DNA of 64,000 nt from a virus, in the IMG/VR virus record IMGVR_UViG_3300042890_006166, positions 1 through 64,000 of that record, one strand, 5' to 3'. The translations under genes were made by a program, and so were the position numbers. Under the pieces are notes generated by a model. That model did no database searches. It was not told where the DNA came from and was given only the letters and a program-made list of their open reading frames with translations. This document shows, piece after piece, positions 35,644 through 45,320 of this stretch (positions within the stretch are counted from its first letter, which is position 1; each line of letters starts with the position of its first letter).

Positions 35644-36422
35644 ACAAGAATTTACATTGGTTTATAATTTCCACATTTGTCTCTTTGTATTTGGTAGTTA
35701 GTATCATTTCTACTATTCACGTAATTGATTTTTTTAAACTTTCAAATCCAGATTGGCTAGCCATTTTCCTCGCCATTTCGTTTGAGATAGGAGCAGCTGC
35801 TTCTTTGGCGTCTTTGATAGTTCTGAAAAAAATGAACAAGACTTTGGTGTGGCTTTTATTTTTTGTTTTAACTGCTATGCAAGGCATGGGAAATACATAT
35901 TATGCCTTCATTAATCTTGAAAATTTCGAAGCTTGGAGCCAACTTTTTGGACTGGAAGAAGAAGAACTAATTTATCAAAAAAGAATACTTAGTATTATTT
36001 CTGGAGCAATTCTTCCTTTGGTATCATTAGGATTTATTAAATCTCTTGTGGATTATATTAAACCAGAAGAATCTGTGAAATCTGAAGAAATTAAACCAGA
36101 GATAGCAAAAGAAGAAAACAACGAACGTCCTGAAGATCAAATGAATGTTGAACCAGAAGAAAATAAAAAAACTACCGAGGACACAATTATTGACGGGGGT
36201 TTGCCAACTCCGGAAGTGCAGCCACAACAAGATCCTGAAGTTTTCCTGACATCTACTGAATTAATTTCAAATCAAGAAATTCCGGAGAATGTCGTTGAAG
36301 AATTTAAAGAATCGAGCGTAGAATTGGGAAAAGTTGAAACTGTCGAAATGCTAAATTCTAATGCAAACAAACAAAGAATCATAGACCGACCTTCACCACA
36401 GGTTGATCCAACTAGATTATAA
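35640..36422 (+). CDS. Multi-pass membrane protein with acidic C-terminal tail
   Basis: About four hydrophobic segments in the first 140 aa, then Glu/Pro-rich tail. Confidence 0.75.
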   Translation: MNKNLHWFIISTFVSLYLVVSIISTIHVIDFFKLSNPDWLAIFLAISFEIGAAASLASLIVLKKMNKTLVWLLFFVLTAMQGMGNTYYAFINLENFEAWSQLFGLEEEELIYQKRILSIISGAILPLVSLGFIKSLVDYIKPEESVKSEEIKPEIAKEENNERPEDQMNVEPEENKKTTEDTIIDGGLPTPEVQPQQDPEVFLTSTELISNQEIPENVVEEFKESSVELGKVETVEMLNSNANKQRIIDRPSPQVDPTRL

Positions 36423-36424
36423 AA

Positions 36425-37102
36425 ATGTTTAACGAAAGCAATTCTATAACAGGCGGAGATTTAGATATCTATGGCGGTAGCTCTTCAGCAGTTACCGGGG
36501 GAACTTATTTTGGTGAAGGATCCTCCCAAGTAGGATTAGATCCTGGTCCTTCTGCCAATTTTGATACTAGGTACACTCTGATTGCTTTAAATCCAGGAGG
36601 TTTAGAAAGGGTCAATCTGACATTTTCGAACTTCAACGATCCAAAAAATATTAGGTTTTACAATACCTCAATGAATGTTGCTTGGCAGGATGTTACCGAA
36701 CAAAAATTAGATTTGGTTGATTTTTTCTATCCTGTTCGAGATTTCTCTGGATACCAACAACAGACCTTTGTAATAGCTCCTTATACATCGGTTAATCTAG
36801 ATCAAGGAGATTTCGACACTACTTTAGGAGAAATCGGTTTGTTTATGGCAAGAGCACAATTTTATGCAGATGCAACACCAGACCAAAGAATGCTTTATTG
36901 GGAATATAAAGGTTCTAGATACATCATGGCAGATTTTATGATGCTAACTGGACAGGTAAAAAATGGCCAAATTTGGAAGGGATGGCAAACCAGCAATGAT
37001 GTTTCTTCTGAAGTTGGTTATACTGGAGCAGCTACTGGAGGTTTTGTTTTTTCAAATCCAACCGAGTATAATGTAAAATTAACGGTTTTAACCGCAAGCT
37101 AA
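36425..37102 (+). CDS. Hypothetical late protein, paralogue of 37104..37646
   Basis: WEYKGSRYIMADFMMLTG...GGFVFSNP.EYNVKLTVL shared with next gene. Confidence 0.75.
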   Translation: MFNESNSITGGDLDIYGGSSSAVTGGTYFGEGSSQVGLDPGPSANFDTRYTLIALNPGGLERVNLTFSNFNDPKNIRFYNTSMNVAWQDVTEQKLDLVDFFYPVRDFSGYQQQTFVIAPYTSVNLDQGDFDTTLGEIGLFMARAQFYADATPDQRMLYWEYKGSRYIMADFMMLTGQVKNGQIWKGWQTSNDVSSEVGYTGAATGGFVFSNPTEYNVKLTVLTAS

Positions 37103-37103
37103 A

Positions 37104-37646
37104 ATGGCAACCAGACCTATCCTTTGTCCTCCTATTCCACCTAACGGTTGGGTTTTCTTTAAAAATCAATTTGTGTTGGAAGAAGATTTTAACTACACAA
37201 CCTTTTTTAACTTTAAAGATTTAGCGTTTGTTGTTCAAGATTATTCTAGATTGATGATCACACTGAAAAGAACTAAATCTATTAAGCTAAGTCAAACCGA
37301 CATTGGAACGGAGGGTTTTGTACGTTGGATAGCAGTTAAGGTTCAATACCCTGCTCCAAAAAATCCGATATTGTTTGCTTCGCAAACCCCAATTATTCCA
37401 GGAGTTCCTACACCTAAGAACGGAACTCCACAAATCCAAAAATACATTCACTGGAGTTATCAAGGTAAAACTTACAACCTAGGGGAACTTATGGTACTAA
37501 GTGGTAACCCTCTTGGATCTACTGATTCTGATGTAACTGGGTGGAATTTAAGCGAATATGATTTACTTTATTCGGGTGGCGGAATCACTTTTACCAACCC
37601 TCATCCCGACTTCGATGTGAAACTACAAGTTCTGGTAGCTAAATAA
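37104..37646 (+). CDS. Hypothetical late protein, paralogue of 36425..37102
   Basis: WSYQGKTYNLGELMVLSG...GGITFTNPHPDFDVKLQVL. Confidence 0.75.
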   Translation: MATRPILCPPIPPNGWVFFKNQFVLEEDFNYTTFFNFKDLAFVVQDYSRLMITLKRTKSIKLSQTDIGTEGFVRWIAVKVQYPAPKNPILFASQTPIIPGVPTPKNGTPQIQKYIHWSYQGKTYNLGELMVLSGNPLGSTDSDVTGWNLSEYDLLYSGGGITFTNPHPDFDVKLQVLVAK

Positions 37647-37674
37647 AAAAATTCAGAAAACGAAAGTTCTGAAT

Positions 37675-37682
37675 GATATATA
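37675..37682 (+). promoter_or_regulatory. GATATATA putative late promoter
   Basis: Exact motif before ATG 37707. Confidence 0.65.
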
Positions 37683-37706
37683 GTACGTAAAAAAATTCAA
37701 AAGAAA

Positions 37707-40373
37707 ATGGATTTACTGAATAAACTCAAAACCCTAAGAAATACAACTACTTCTCCAGAAGTTAAAGCTATCTGTGAATCAAACATTCAAAAGATAGAAA
37801 AAGGAGACCCTAATATCAATTCCGATTCGATCATGGAGTCCATCCAAAATTTCGAACGTGTTGATACACCATCGCAAGATCCCTTTCAACTTATGAGAGA
37901 ACAGGAATTGACTAGATCCAAAAACGCCGCAAATAGATTGATGGAATCATGGGGTGGTGTTGGGAATGGTCTATCCAAAAACTCAGGAAGCTATGTAGAG
38001 AGTGAAAAAGAACAAACATCAAAAGTGGACTATACTAGCTTGAATGAGAATTTGTCTGCTCTTGCTTCGCAGGACAAAGGTGTAGAAGCTTTTATGAAGT
38101 CAGAAGAAGTAAATAATCTGGGTGTTTTTGAAGGAATTAATACAATTCGGAATTCTGGTATTTTCGAACATCCTTCCATCAAAATTATTTGTGAAAAATA
38201 TTATCATTTGCTGAAAAGCAAAAATATGCCAGAATTCCTGGTAGCAGAAGGATTTCTTCAAGAAATGAAAAATTTTGATTGGGATGAAAGAGTACAAGAA
38301 ATAACAGAATCATTAAGCGAAAAGCTAACGGATCTCAGACCTGAAATCGAAGTTTCTAAAGCTTTGTATACCATTTCAAGTAATGCAGGTTCTGATTTTT
38401 ATTCTCCTGTAACCGAATCCCTGAACAAGTGGCTGGTGTCTGAAAATAAATCAATATCTCTTCTAACAAAAGATATTTCAAGATGGCAATTTAATCCTAT
38501 TGTTAGAAACTTGTTGAACAATCTTTCCCTGATGGAACAAGATTCTTCCAAGCTAAATATTCCGATCCATGCTGGTAATTCTTCAGTCCGTAGAGTTTTC
38601 TCTCCTGTTCTTGTAGAAGGAGGTAAAACCATTTTCACCATTGGGTCAAATGTTTTTGAAGGATCAAGCCAAGGATTGAAGAAACTAAATCGTGGGCAGG
38701 TAGCTGTTCTCCCAAAAAATTTCATTTCAGTTTTAGAATCTTTTTATGCTCCATATGTAAAGGTCGATGAGAATGGTTTAAATGTTTTTGTTGGTAAACA
38801 CAAATTTTCTTTAATTGAAGAAGGAGAAAGCGTATCAATTCTATTCAACGGAAAATCAATGAAATTCCAAGATAAAGTGAACCTTTCAAAGGCAATTGGA
38901 TTAGAAATTTCCGGATCTTTGGGTATGAACGAAAACAAAATTGTTTATGACATTTTGAATTTGTATGAGAACTTCCTTTCGATTGTTGAACTTGATTTTG
39001 CAAAAAGAATTGAATCCAAAGTTTATGAAGGTGCTTCAGTAAACCTCATTAAATGGGAAAATAAAATATTCCTTAACAGAATTAACGAATCTATGTCAGA
39101 TAATTCTGTTTTTGAAGTTAATGGAACACAGGCAACAAACATGGTAAGAGAATTCTTGAAATATGATATTTCAGAGGGTTTAACTGAATTTTTGGATGGT
39201 GAATCTAGAATCAAATCTATCATGCTAAACGACAGAAAGAGGTTGATGGAAAATATTACAGTTCTAGAAGGACAGCTTCAAAAAGTTGAATCGCAAATGG
39301 GTTTAAATCCTTTGTTTGCAAATTCACCTGAACTTCAAAGGGCTCAGAATTTATTGGAAAGAGAACTTTCCTCTTTGCGCAAAAAGTGGTCAGCAGTGAA
39401 CACAGAGCTTCAAAAAATTGAAAATGAACCTTTGTCTTTTGAGGAAGTGTACGAGGATGATAAATTTAACGTCGGAGAATATGTTAAGGTTTTGGAATCT
39501 GGAAACACAGGTAAAATTATTTCTATTGATTCTACATCCGGTTCTTATACGGTATTGATGGACAACGGTAGGACCGGAGATTTTAAAATCGATGAAATTA
39601 TCAATCTGGACGATGCATTATCCACTGCAGGTGATGAAAATGAAGTCGAGGCAGAAACACAAGAGGAATTGAAAGAAGCTTCTCAGCAATTGGCTACAGC
39701 TCCCGGTAAATCTGCAAAGGAAAAGAAAGATGCAACTCCAGGCAACACGATGAGAAAAAATACAGAAGCTGCACCTAAAGGAAAAGACAATAACAAAGGT
39801 GGACAAAAAGATGTAGAGAATTTGAAAGATGCTAATTTAGAGGAGGCACCAGAAGGAAAAGAAACACACACCAAATACAAGGCAACTAAAGGTGCTGGGT
39901 ATAATTTGTCGGAAGACACACGTTTCAGCAAATCTGATGTTAAACTTATGAAGCTTTCAGAAACTCCTGGTTCTGAAGAAGGCGATGCAGATTATGAAGT
40001 CAAGGGAATTCGATACAAATCTAAAAACCCTCAGGTCATGAAAACAGATCCTAATTTTGCTTCTGCTCCAGGAAGTGAAAAAGGGAAAGAGCTCCACTAC
40101 AAAGTAGATGATGAGATGGGTTATAATGTGGATGAAAAAACAGAGCTCGAAAAAACAAATCAAAATTTGGCAGTTGCCCCAGGTAAATCCGAAGGAGATG
40201 CTGGATATGGGGTAAAAACTATCAAGGGTAAAGCACATAGTCCACAGGTAATGAAAACTGATCCAAATTTCGCGGTAGCTCCCTCTAAGGGCTCCGAGGG
40301 AAGGATAGGTTATAAGTCCAATCCTGAAATGGGTTACAATATCGACGAAAGCGAGGAGTCAAAAAAAAACTAA
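37707..40373 (+). CDS. 888-aa late protein with coiled coil, SH3/KOW-like domain and C-terminal AP(G/S) repeats; probable head-associated protein
   Basis: FNVGEYVKVLESGNTGKIISID SH3-like segment; duplicated PQVMKTDPNFA.AP...EMGYN(V/I)DE; many (L/I)xE motifs; preceded by GATATATA. Confidence 0.75.
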   Translation: MDLLNKLKTLRNTTTSPEVKAICESNIQKIEKGDPNINSDSIMESIQNFERVDTPSQDPFQLMREQELTRSKNAANRLMESWGGVGNGLSKNSGSYVESEKEQTSKVDYTSLNENLSALASQDKGVEAFMKSEEVNNLGVFEGINTIRNSGIFEHPSIKIICEKYYHLLKSKNMPEFLVAEGFLQEMKNFDWDERVQEITESLSEKLTDLRPEIEVSKALYTISSNAGSDFYSPVTESLNKWLVSENKSISLLTKDISRWQFNPIVRNLLNNLSLMEQDSSKLNIPIHAGNSSVRRVFSPVLVEGGKTIFTIGSNVFEGSSQGLKKLNRGQVAVLPKNFISVLESFYAPYVKVDENGLNVFVGKHKFSLIEEGESVSILFNGKSMKFQDKVNLSKAIGLEISGSLGMNENKIVYDILNLYENFLSIVELDFAKRIESKVYEGASVNLIKWENKIFLNRINESMSDNSVFEVNGTQATNMVREFLKYDISEGLTEFLDGESRIKSIMLNDRKRLMENITVLEGQLQKVESQMGLNPLFANSPELQRAQNLLERELSSLRKKWSAVNTELQKIENEPLSFEEVYEDDKFNVGEYVKVLESGNTGKIISIDSTSGSYTVLMDNGRTGDFKIDEIINLDDALSTAGDENEVEAETQEELKEASQQLATAPGKSAKEKKDATPGNTMRKNTEAAPKGKDNNKGGQKDVENLKDANLEEAPEGKETHTKYKATKGAGYNLSEDTRFSKSDVKLMKLSETPGSEEGDADYEVKGIRYKSKNPQVMKTDPNFASAPGSEKGKELHYKVDDEMGYNVDEKTELEKTNQNLAVAPGKSEGDAGYGVKTIKGKAHSPQVMKTDPNFAVAPSKGSEGRIGYKSNPEMGYNIDESEESKKN

Positions 40374-40540
40374 AAAAAATCCTCAGTAGGGTATGGGCTT
40401 TTGCACCATCTAGTCCAGATCAGGACAAAAAACCCGAACCTTTTGTAGATGATTATAAAAAGGGTATGAGTTTTGCACCATCTGGAAAATCTGAAGATAG
40501 TGAATTTACAGATGATTCGGCTGAGGAAAATAAGTTTTAA
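40364..40540 (+). other. A_AAA_AAC slippery site and 56-codon -1-frame extension of the 37707 gene
   Basis: GAG TCA AAA AAA AAC TAA; -1 frame from 40370 reads LKKILSRVWAFAPSSPDQDKKPEPFVDDYKKGMSFAPSGKSEDSEFTDDSAEENKF, stop 40538-40540. Confidence 0.65.
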
Positions 40541-40599
40541 ATGAAACTAACCTCGAGGATAAAACTAAGATTCTAAGTTAGCAATTTTTTTAACATTTA

Positions 40600-40959
40600 A
40601 TGACAAAAGTTTACGTTACAAACTCCAGTTTAATGGCTGCTATTCTTGAATCTAAGAAAAAAGGCCAACTGACCAACGAGACAATCGAAATGTTCAATTT
40701 AATGATTGCTGGTATTTCCAAGAAAATGGCTTACAAAGATCCAGATGATAAAGCTGATTGTATGGCTTTTGCAATGGAAGATCTTTGTAAGTATTGGAAT
40801 AGGTTCGATCCAACCAAATCAAATAATCCATTTGCTTATTACACACAAATAGCAAAAAATGGATTTGCAAAAGGGTGGAAAAAAATTCACCCCCCTAAAT
40901 CCCCTAAAACCATTCCATTTTCTTATATTACAGGAGAAGACAATTCCTATAATATTTAG
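40600..40959 (+). CDS. g55: Late-transcription sigma factor (T4 gp55-like), short
   Basis: YVTNSSL, RFDPTKSNNPFAYYTQIAKNGF motif. Confidence 0.85.
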   Translation: MTKVYVTNSSLMAAILESKKKGQLTNETIEMFNLMIAGISKKMAYKDPDDKADCMAFAMEDLCKYWNRFDPTKSNNPFAYYTQIAKNGFAKGWKKIHPPKSPKTIPFSYITGEDNSYNI

Positions 40960-41445
40960 ATGACTGATATTAAGAAAATAAAGCCCAACGGTAGCTACAA
41001 ATCTGGTTTGTATGTACCGGTCAATCCAGACAAATACGTTGGAGATATACACAACATAATTTGTAGATCAAGCTGGGAATTCAGATTTTGCAAATATTGT
41101 GATAATAACGATAAAATTTTAAAGTGGAGTTCAGAACCAGCCGCTATACCATATTATAATCCTTTGGACAAAAAAGATCACAAGTACAATGTTGATTTTT
41201 ATTTGAAAGCCCTTCAAGACGATGGTAATGAACAGGAATGGTTGGTAGAGGTGAAACCTGAAAAGCAACACGAAAAGCCAGTATATGAAGGAACTTACAC
41301 CGTAGATAAACTGAAATCATACAATCACAAAATGCAAATTTGGATTACAAACCAAGCCAAATTCAAAGCTGCTAAACATTGGGCTGAAAGTAGAGGAATG
41401 AAATTTGGGGTTGTAAACGAGAAATTCTTATTTCAAAGTAAATGA
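40960..41445 (+). CDS. g4: Head completion nuclease (T4 gp4-like, TnsA endonuclease fold)
   Basis: G.YVPVNPDKYVGD..NI.CRSSWE..FC.YCD.N..ILKWSSE...IPY.NP.D...H.Y..DF...EVKP..Q. Confidence 0.88.
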   Translation: MTDIKKIKPNGSYKSGLYVPVNPDKYVGDIHNIICRSSWEFRFCKYCDNNDKILKWSSEPAAIPYYNPLDKKDHKYNVDFYLKALQDDGNEQEWLVEVKPEKQHEKPVYEGTYTVDKLKSYNHKMQIWITNQAKFKAAKHWAESRGMKFGVVNEKFLFQSK

Positions 41446-42044
41446 TCGACTTTCAGGATCAGGCCAGAAAATTAAGAAGTGAATTTCCTTCTTTAACTAA
41501 ACTTAATTCATTGATAAACGAGGAATTTTTGGAAAAATATGGGCCAAGCTCGAATCACTCTGGAGAGAAATTCACTTCTTTTAAAAGCGGAAAAATTTAT
41601 TTTGCGTTACACACAACAAAAACAAATCCAGGAGAAAAAAATCCCTTCGTAAATAGATATCCGTGCTTTCTTTTTTTATCAGAAGAAAGAATTGGTACAG
41701 GGATGATTTGCAAAGTAATGGATCTTACAATTATTCCAAATGATAAACGGGCAGAAATTTTAACTAGACTAACTTCTACTTTTTCAGAAATACTTCAAGA
41801 AAATATGAGAAATATTTTGGGATCTCAAATGCCTTTGAATCTTAAGGGAGAAAATTTACAAAAAATATTCAAAGGAACTGGATACGAGTTTGCAATTTTT
41901 GGGTTTCACAAGGAAAATTTACGTGACGTGAAAATTGTAGATTATGAAGACTGGGTAAAAATTCCTTATTTCAATAACGCCTCAATAGAGGGTCTCTCTT
42001 TGGATAAGATATATAGGGAATATAAATCGAAAATAAAAACTTGA
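41442..42044 (+). CDS. DNA end protector-like protein (T4 gp2-like)
   Basis: GKIYF...NRYPCFLFL...LTIIP...R...L...V..EDW..IP pattern and gp4 synteny. Confidence 0.55.
   Translation: MIDFQDQARKLRSEFPSLTKLNSLINEEFLEKYGPSSNHSGEKFTSFKSGKIYFALHTTKTNPGEKNPFVNRYPCFLFLSEERIGTGMICKVMDLTIIPNDKRAEILTRLTSTFSEILQENMRNILGSQMPLNLKGENLQKIFKGTGYEFAIFGFHKENLRDVKIVDYEDWVKIPYFNNASIEGLSLDKIYREYKSKIKT
42008..42015 (+). promoter_or_regulatory. GATATATA putative late promoter
   Basis: Inside the end of the gp2-like gene, before portal 1. Confidence 0.6.
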
Positions 42045-42074
42045 TTTTGTCTATAAAAATAAATTTCTGGCTTC

Positions 42075-43700
42075 ATGGCAGGATTTAACGAGAATCCAAA
42101 TACCAATCCCATATTCCAAAGAATAAGGGAATCCATCAAAAATCTGAGTAATTTCGGATTGCGGTATGGTGACATGGTGGTTAAAAATTCCCAAGCCATT
42201 GGTGCTACTGAAGCAGAATTTTTAAAGAAGGGACCTATAGAAGATGAAACAACTTTTTTCTCCTTAGGAAGACAAGATACGACAACCAGACAATACATTT
42301 CCTATTTTGATAAAGACTATGCAGGAAAAAGAGATTACTTGAGAAAATTTTCTTTAAACCCGGAAATTGAATATATTCTGGATACTGTTTGCGACGAGTC
42401 TATTTCTTATGATGGTTATAACTTTTTCGCTTATCCAGCATTCCTTAATATAACCGGGCTTAAACAAGATGTAATAGATAAAATTGATTCAACGTACAAA
42501 AAATTGTACGACATGTTTGGATTCAATGATGATATTTCTGCCTGGCAGTACTTCAGGCAGCTTTTGGTTGATGGTTTTGTAGCTTTCGAAATTGTGTATG
42601 ATGACAAAGGAAAAAATATTATCGGATTTAAAGAATTGGATGCTACCACGTTAATGCCCTCTGTAGAAAAGCAGAAAGATGGAACATTCTTGAATGTTTG
42701 GTATCAATATCCTAAGGACGAAAGAAAAAGAAGAATGCTGTATGATTCTCAGATCATTTATCTTTCTTACGCAAAGGGTAATTCTGTTTCAAGGGTAAGT
42801 TATACTGAAAGGTTAATTCGTCCATATAATGTTCTGAGGATCATAGAATACACTCGTGTTATTTGGTCTGTGATGAATGCATCTTTCCGTCTTAAAATGA
42901 CAGTTCCGGTAGGCTCCAGATCACAACAAAAGGCTATGCAAACACTCGGAGAGTTAATGTCTATCTATAAAGAAGATATTCAATTCAACGACGAAAGCGG
43001 TGAACTTTCAGTAAACGGACAACCAAAAATTCAGTTCTACAAAAATTATCTTATGCCCAAAGGTGCTTTGGGTACTCCTAATATTGAACCTTTAAATACT
43101 GCTGGACCAAATTTGAATGATCCAGCTCCTTTGGCTTACTTTTTTGACAAGTTGGTTCAAGAATCTAAAATACCATTTTCTAGATTTCAAGGGCCTGATG
43201 GCGGATCAACAGGTAAATATGCCAATGCAGCAGAAGGATTAGACAAAGAAGAAATTAGATTTTCGAAGTTCATTATGAGATTGAGATCTGTTTTTCAAGA
43301 TATTCTCATAAAACCTCTATGGATTCAATTGTGTCGTGATTTTCCCCAATTGGAGAAGGATTATATGTTCAGAAGTCAGCTTGGTTTAACTTTTGTTTCA
43401 GATAATCCGTTTCGTGTTAACCAGGAGATAGAAACGATGAGCAAAAGAAAAGAATCCATCGACTCTATGTACCAATTAGTGGATGAAGAAGGTCAACCTT
43501 TCTTTTCTTTAGGATTTTTGATTGAAAATTTTCTTGGAATGACCGAGGATGATATCAAGGCTAATGAAGAAGCGAAAGAGAAGGCAAAAAAGAAAAAAGA
43601 AAAAAATTCACCTGAGGGAGAAGGGGGAGAAGAAGGCGGTGCTCCTCCTGAAGGGCCAGAACCAGGAGCAGCCCCGCCTGAAACAGAAACACCAACATAA
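42075..43700 (+). CDS. g20: Portal vertex protein 1 (T4 gp20-like)
   Basis: PEIEYILDTVCDE, FRQLLVDG, ELDATT, KAMQTLGELM...FNDESGE, YFFDKL...KIPFSR, EEIRFSKFI.RLR..F..I...PL..QL. Confidence 0.88.
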   Translation: MAGFNENPNTNPIFQRIRESIKNLSNFGLRYGDMVVKNSQAIGATEAEFLKKGPIEDETTFFSLGRQDTTTRQYISYFDKDYAGKRDYLRKFSLNPEIEYILDTVCDESISYDGYNFFAYPAFLNITGLKQDVIDKIDSTYKKLYDMFGFNDDISAWQYFRQLLVDGFVAFEIVYDDKGKNIIGFKELDATTLMPSVEKQKDGTFLNVWYQYPKDERKRRMLYDSQIIYLSYAKGNSVSRVSYTERLIRPYNVLRIIEYTRVIWSVMNASFRLKMTVPVGSRSQQKAMQTLGELMSIYKEDIQFNDESGELSVNGQPKIQFYKNYLMPKGALGTPNIEPLNTAGPNLNDPAPLAYFFDKLVQESKIPFSRFQGPDGGSTGKYANAAEGLDKEEIRFSKFIMRLRSVFQDILIKPLWIQLCRDFPQLEKDYMFRSQLGLTFVSDNPFRVNQEIETMSKRKESIDSMYQLVDEEGQPFFSLGFLIENFLGMTEDDIKANEEAKEKAKKKKEKNSPEGEGGEEGGAPPEGPEPGAAPPETETPT

Positions 43701-43702
43701 TT

Positions 43703-45310
43703 ATGGCAGGATTTAACGACGATAACAGCCAACAGCGTTCTTTCTTAGGAAATTTGTATCGAAATCTGTCCAGAATTGGAAGGTTTGGAATGCAGTATGA
43801 GGATATGGTCATCAGAAATTCGCAGGCTATAGGAGCAACTGAATCTACTTTTTTCAATAATCAAGGAACAGGATTTACTGAGAATGATGCTTTCTTTTGG
43901 ACATTGGGTTATCAAGACACCAGAGTAAGAAAATACATCGCTTATTTCGACAAGGACTATTTAGGCAAAAGAGAGTTTCTACGAAAATTTGCATTAAATG
44001 GAGAAATTGATTTTATCCTAGATACCCTTTCGGACGATGCCATAAATTATGACGATAAAAATTTCTTTGGATATCCTTCGTTATTGAATGTAGATCTAAA
44101 GCCCGAGGTGCGAGCTAAGGTGGAAGAAAATTTCAGAACTTTATACATGCTTTTTGGTTTTCAACAAAGCATTTTGGCCTGGCAATATTTCCGTCAATTT
44201 TTGATTGATGGGTTTTTGGCTTTTGAAATTGTTTACTCTACAGACGGCAAGAAAATTGTTGGATTTAAAGAATTAGATGCTACTTCTTTACAACCAGCCA
44301 CAGAACAACAACCTAACAAAGAATTTCAACAAATTTGGATTCAATATCCAGGTGATCCTAGAATGACCCGAAAATTAAAGGCAGAGCAAGTAATTTATCT
44401 TTCCTATGCCAAGGGTAACTCAGTTTCTAGAGTAAGTTATACGGAAAGACTTATTAGATCGTATAACATTTTAAGGGTGATGGAGAACACAAGAGTTATT
44501 TGGAATGTGATGAACGCTTCATACCGTTTGAAATTTGTTATTCCAGTTGGAACACAATCAGGACAAAAAGCAATGCAAACACTGGGACAATTAATGTCTC
44601 AGTATAAAGAAGAAATTCAAATCAACGATACTTCCGGGGAATTAACCGTAAATGGAGCTCCCAAAGTTCAGTTTTACAAAAATTATTTATTCCCTGAAAA
44701 AGACGGAGAATCTCCGGACATCAACACATTAAATCCTGCTGGACCCGATTTCAACGTCATGGAAAACGTTGTGTACTTTTACAACAAGCTGAAGTTAGAC
44801 TCCAAAATTCCATATGCTAGATTTGCTTCGAGGAGTGGTCCTGTGACTTACCAGATTTCTATCGATCAGTTAGAAAGAGATGAAATTAGATATGAAAAAT
44901 TCGTTACCCGTTTGAGGTCTGTTTTTCAAGAACTTTTGGTAAAACCTTTATACATACAAACCTGTTTGGATTTTCCGGCTTTGTCTGAAGACCGGTCTTT
45001 CAAAGTTAATTTGGGGTTGGATTTTGTGAAAGAAAATGTTTTTGAGCAATTGATTGTACTTTCTAATTATACAAAAAGAACAGCTTTTATTACCGCCTTG
45101 GGTGATATGAAACAGAAGATTGGGGAAGAAGAAGTTCCTTATTTCGATAAGGAATGGCTTATCAAAAGATGGCTAGGTCTGAGCATGGACGAATATCGTT
45201 CCAATCAAAAGTACAAAGATGATGAAAAAAAACAGGCAGACAAGGATAAAAAGGACAAGGGAGAAGAAGGAGGAGGTGGAGAAGGGGGAGCACCGGATTT
45301 TACGCTTTAA
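43703..45310 (+). CDS. g20: Portal vertex protein 2 (gp20-like paralogue)
   Basis: Same motif series (MAGFN start, YFRQFLIDG, KAMQTLGQLM, RDEIRYEKFV.RLR); full length. Confidence 0.88.
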   Translation: MAGFNDDNSQQRSFLGNLYRNLSRIGRFGMQYEDMVIRNSQAIGATESTFFNNQGTGFTENDAFFWTLGYQDTRVRKYIAYFDKDYLGKREFLRKFALNGEIDFILDTLSDDAINYDDKNFFGYPSLLNVDLKPEVRAKVEENFRTLYMLFGFQQSILAWQYFRQFLIDGFLAFEIVYSTDGKKIVGFKELDATSLQPATEQQPNKEFQQIWIQYPGDPRMTRKLKAEQVIYLSYAKGNSVSRVSYTERLIRSYNILRVMENTRVIWNVMNASYRLKFVIPVGTQSGQKAMQTLGQLMSQYKEEIQINDTSGELTVNGAPKVQFYKNYLFPEKDGESPDINTLNPAGPDFNVMENVVYFYNKLKLDSKIPYARFASRSGPVTYQISIDQLERDEIRYEKFVTRLRSVFQELLVKPLYIQTCLDFPALSEDRSFKVNLGLDFVKENVFEQLIVLSNYTKRTAFITALGDMKQKIGEEEVPYFDKEWLIKRWLGLSMDEYRSNQKYKDDEKKQADKDKKDKGEEGGGGEGGAPDFTL

Positions 45311-45320
45311 ATTTAACTGA

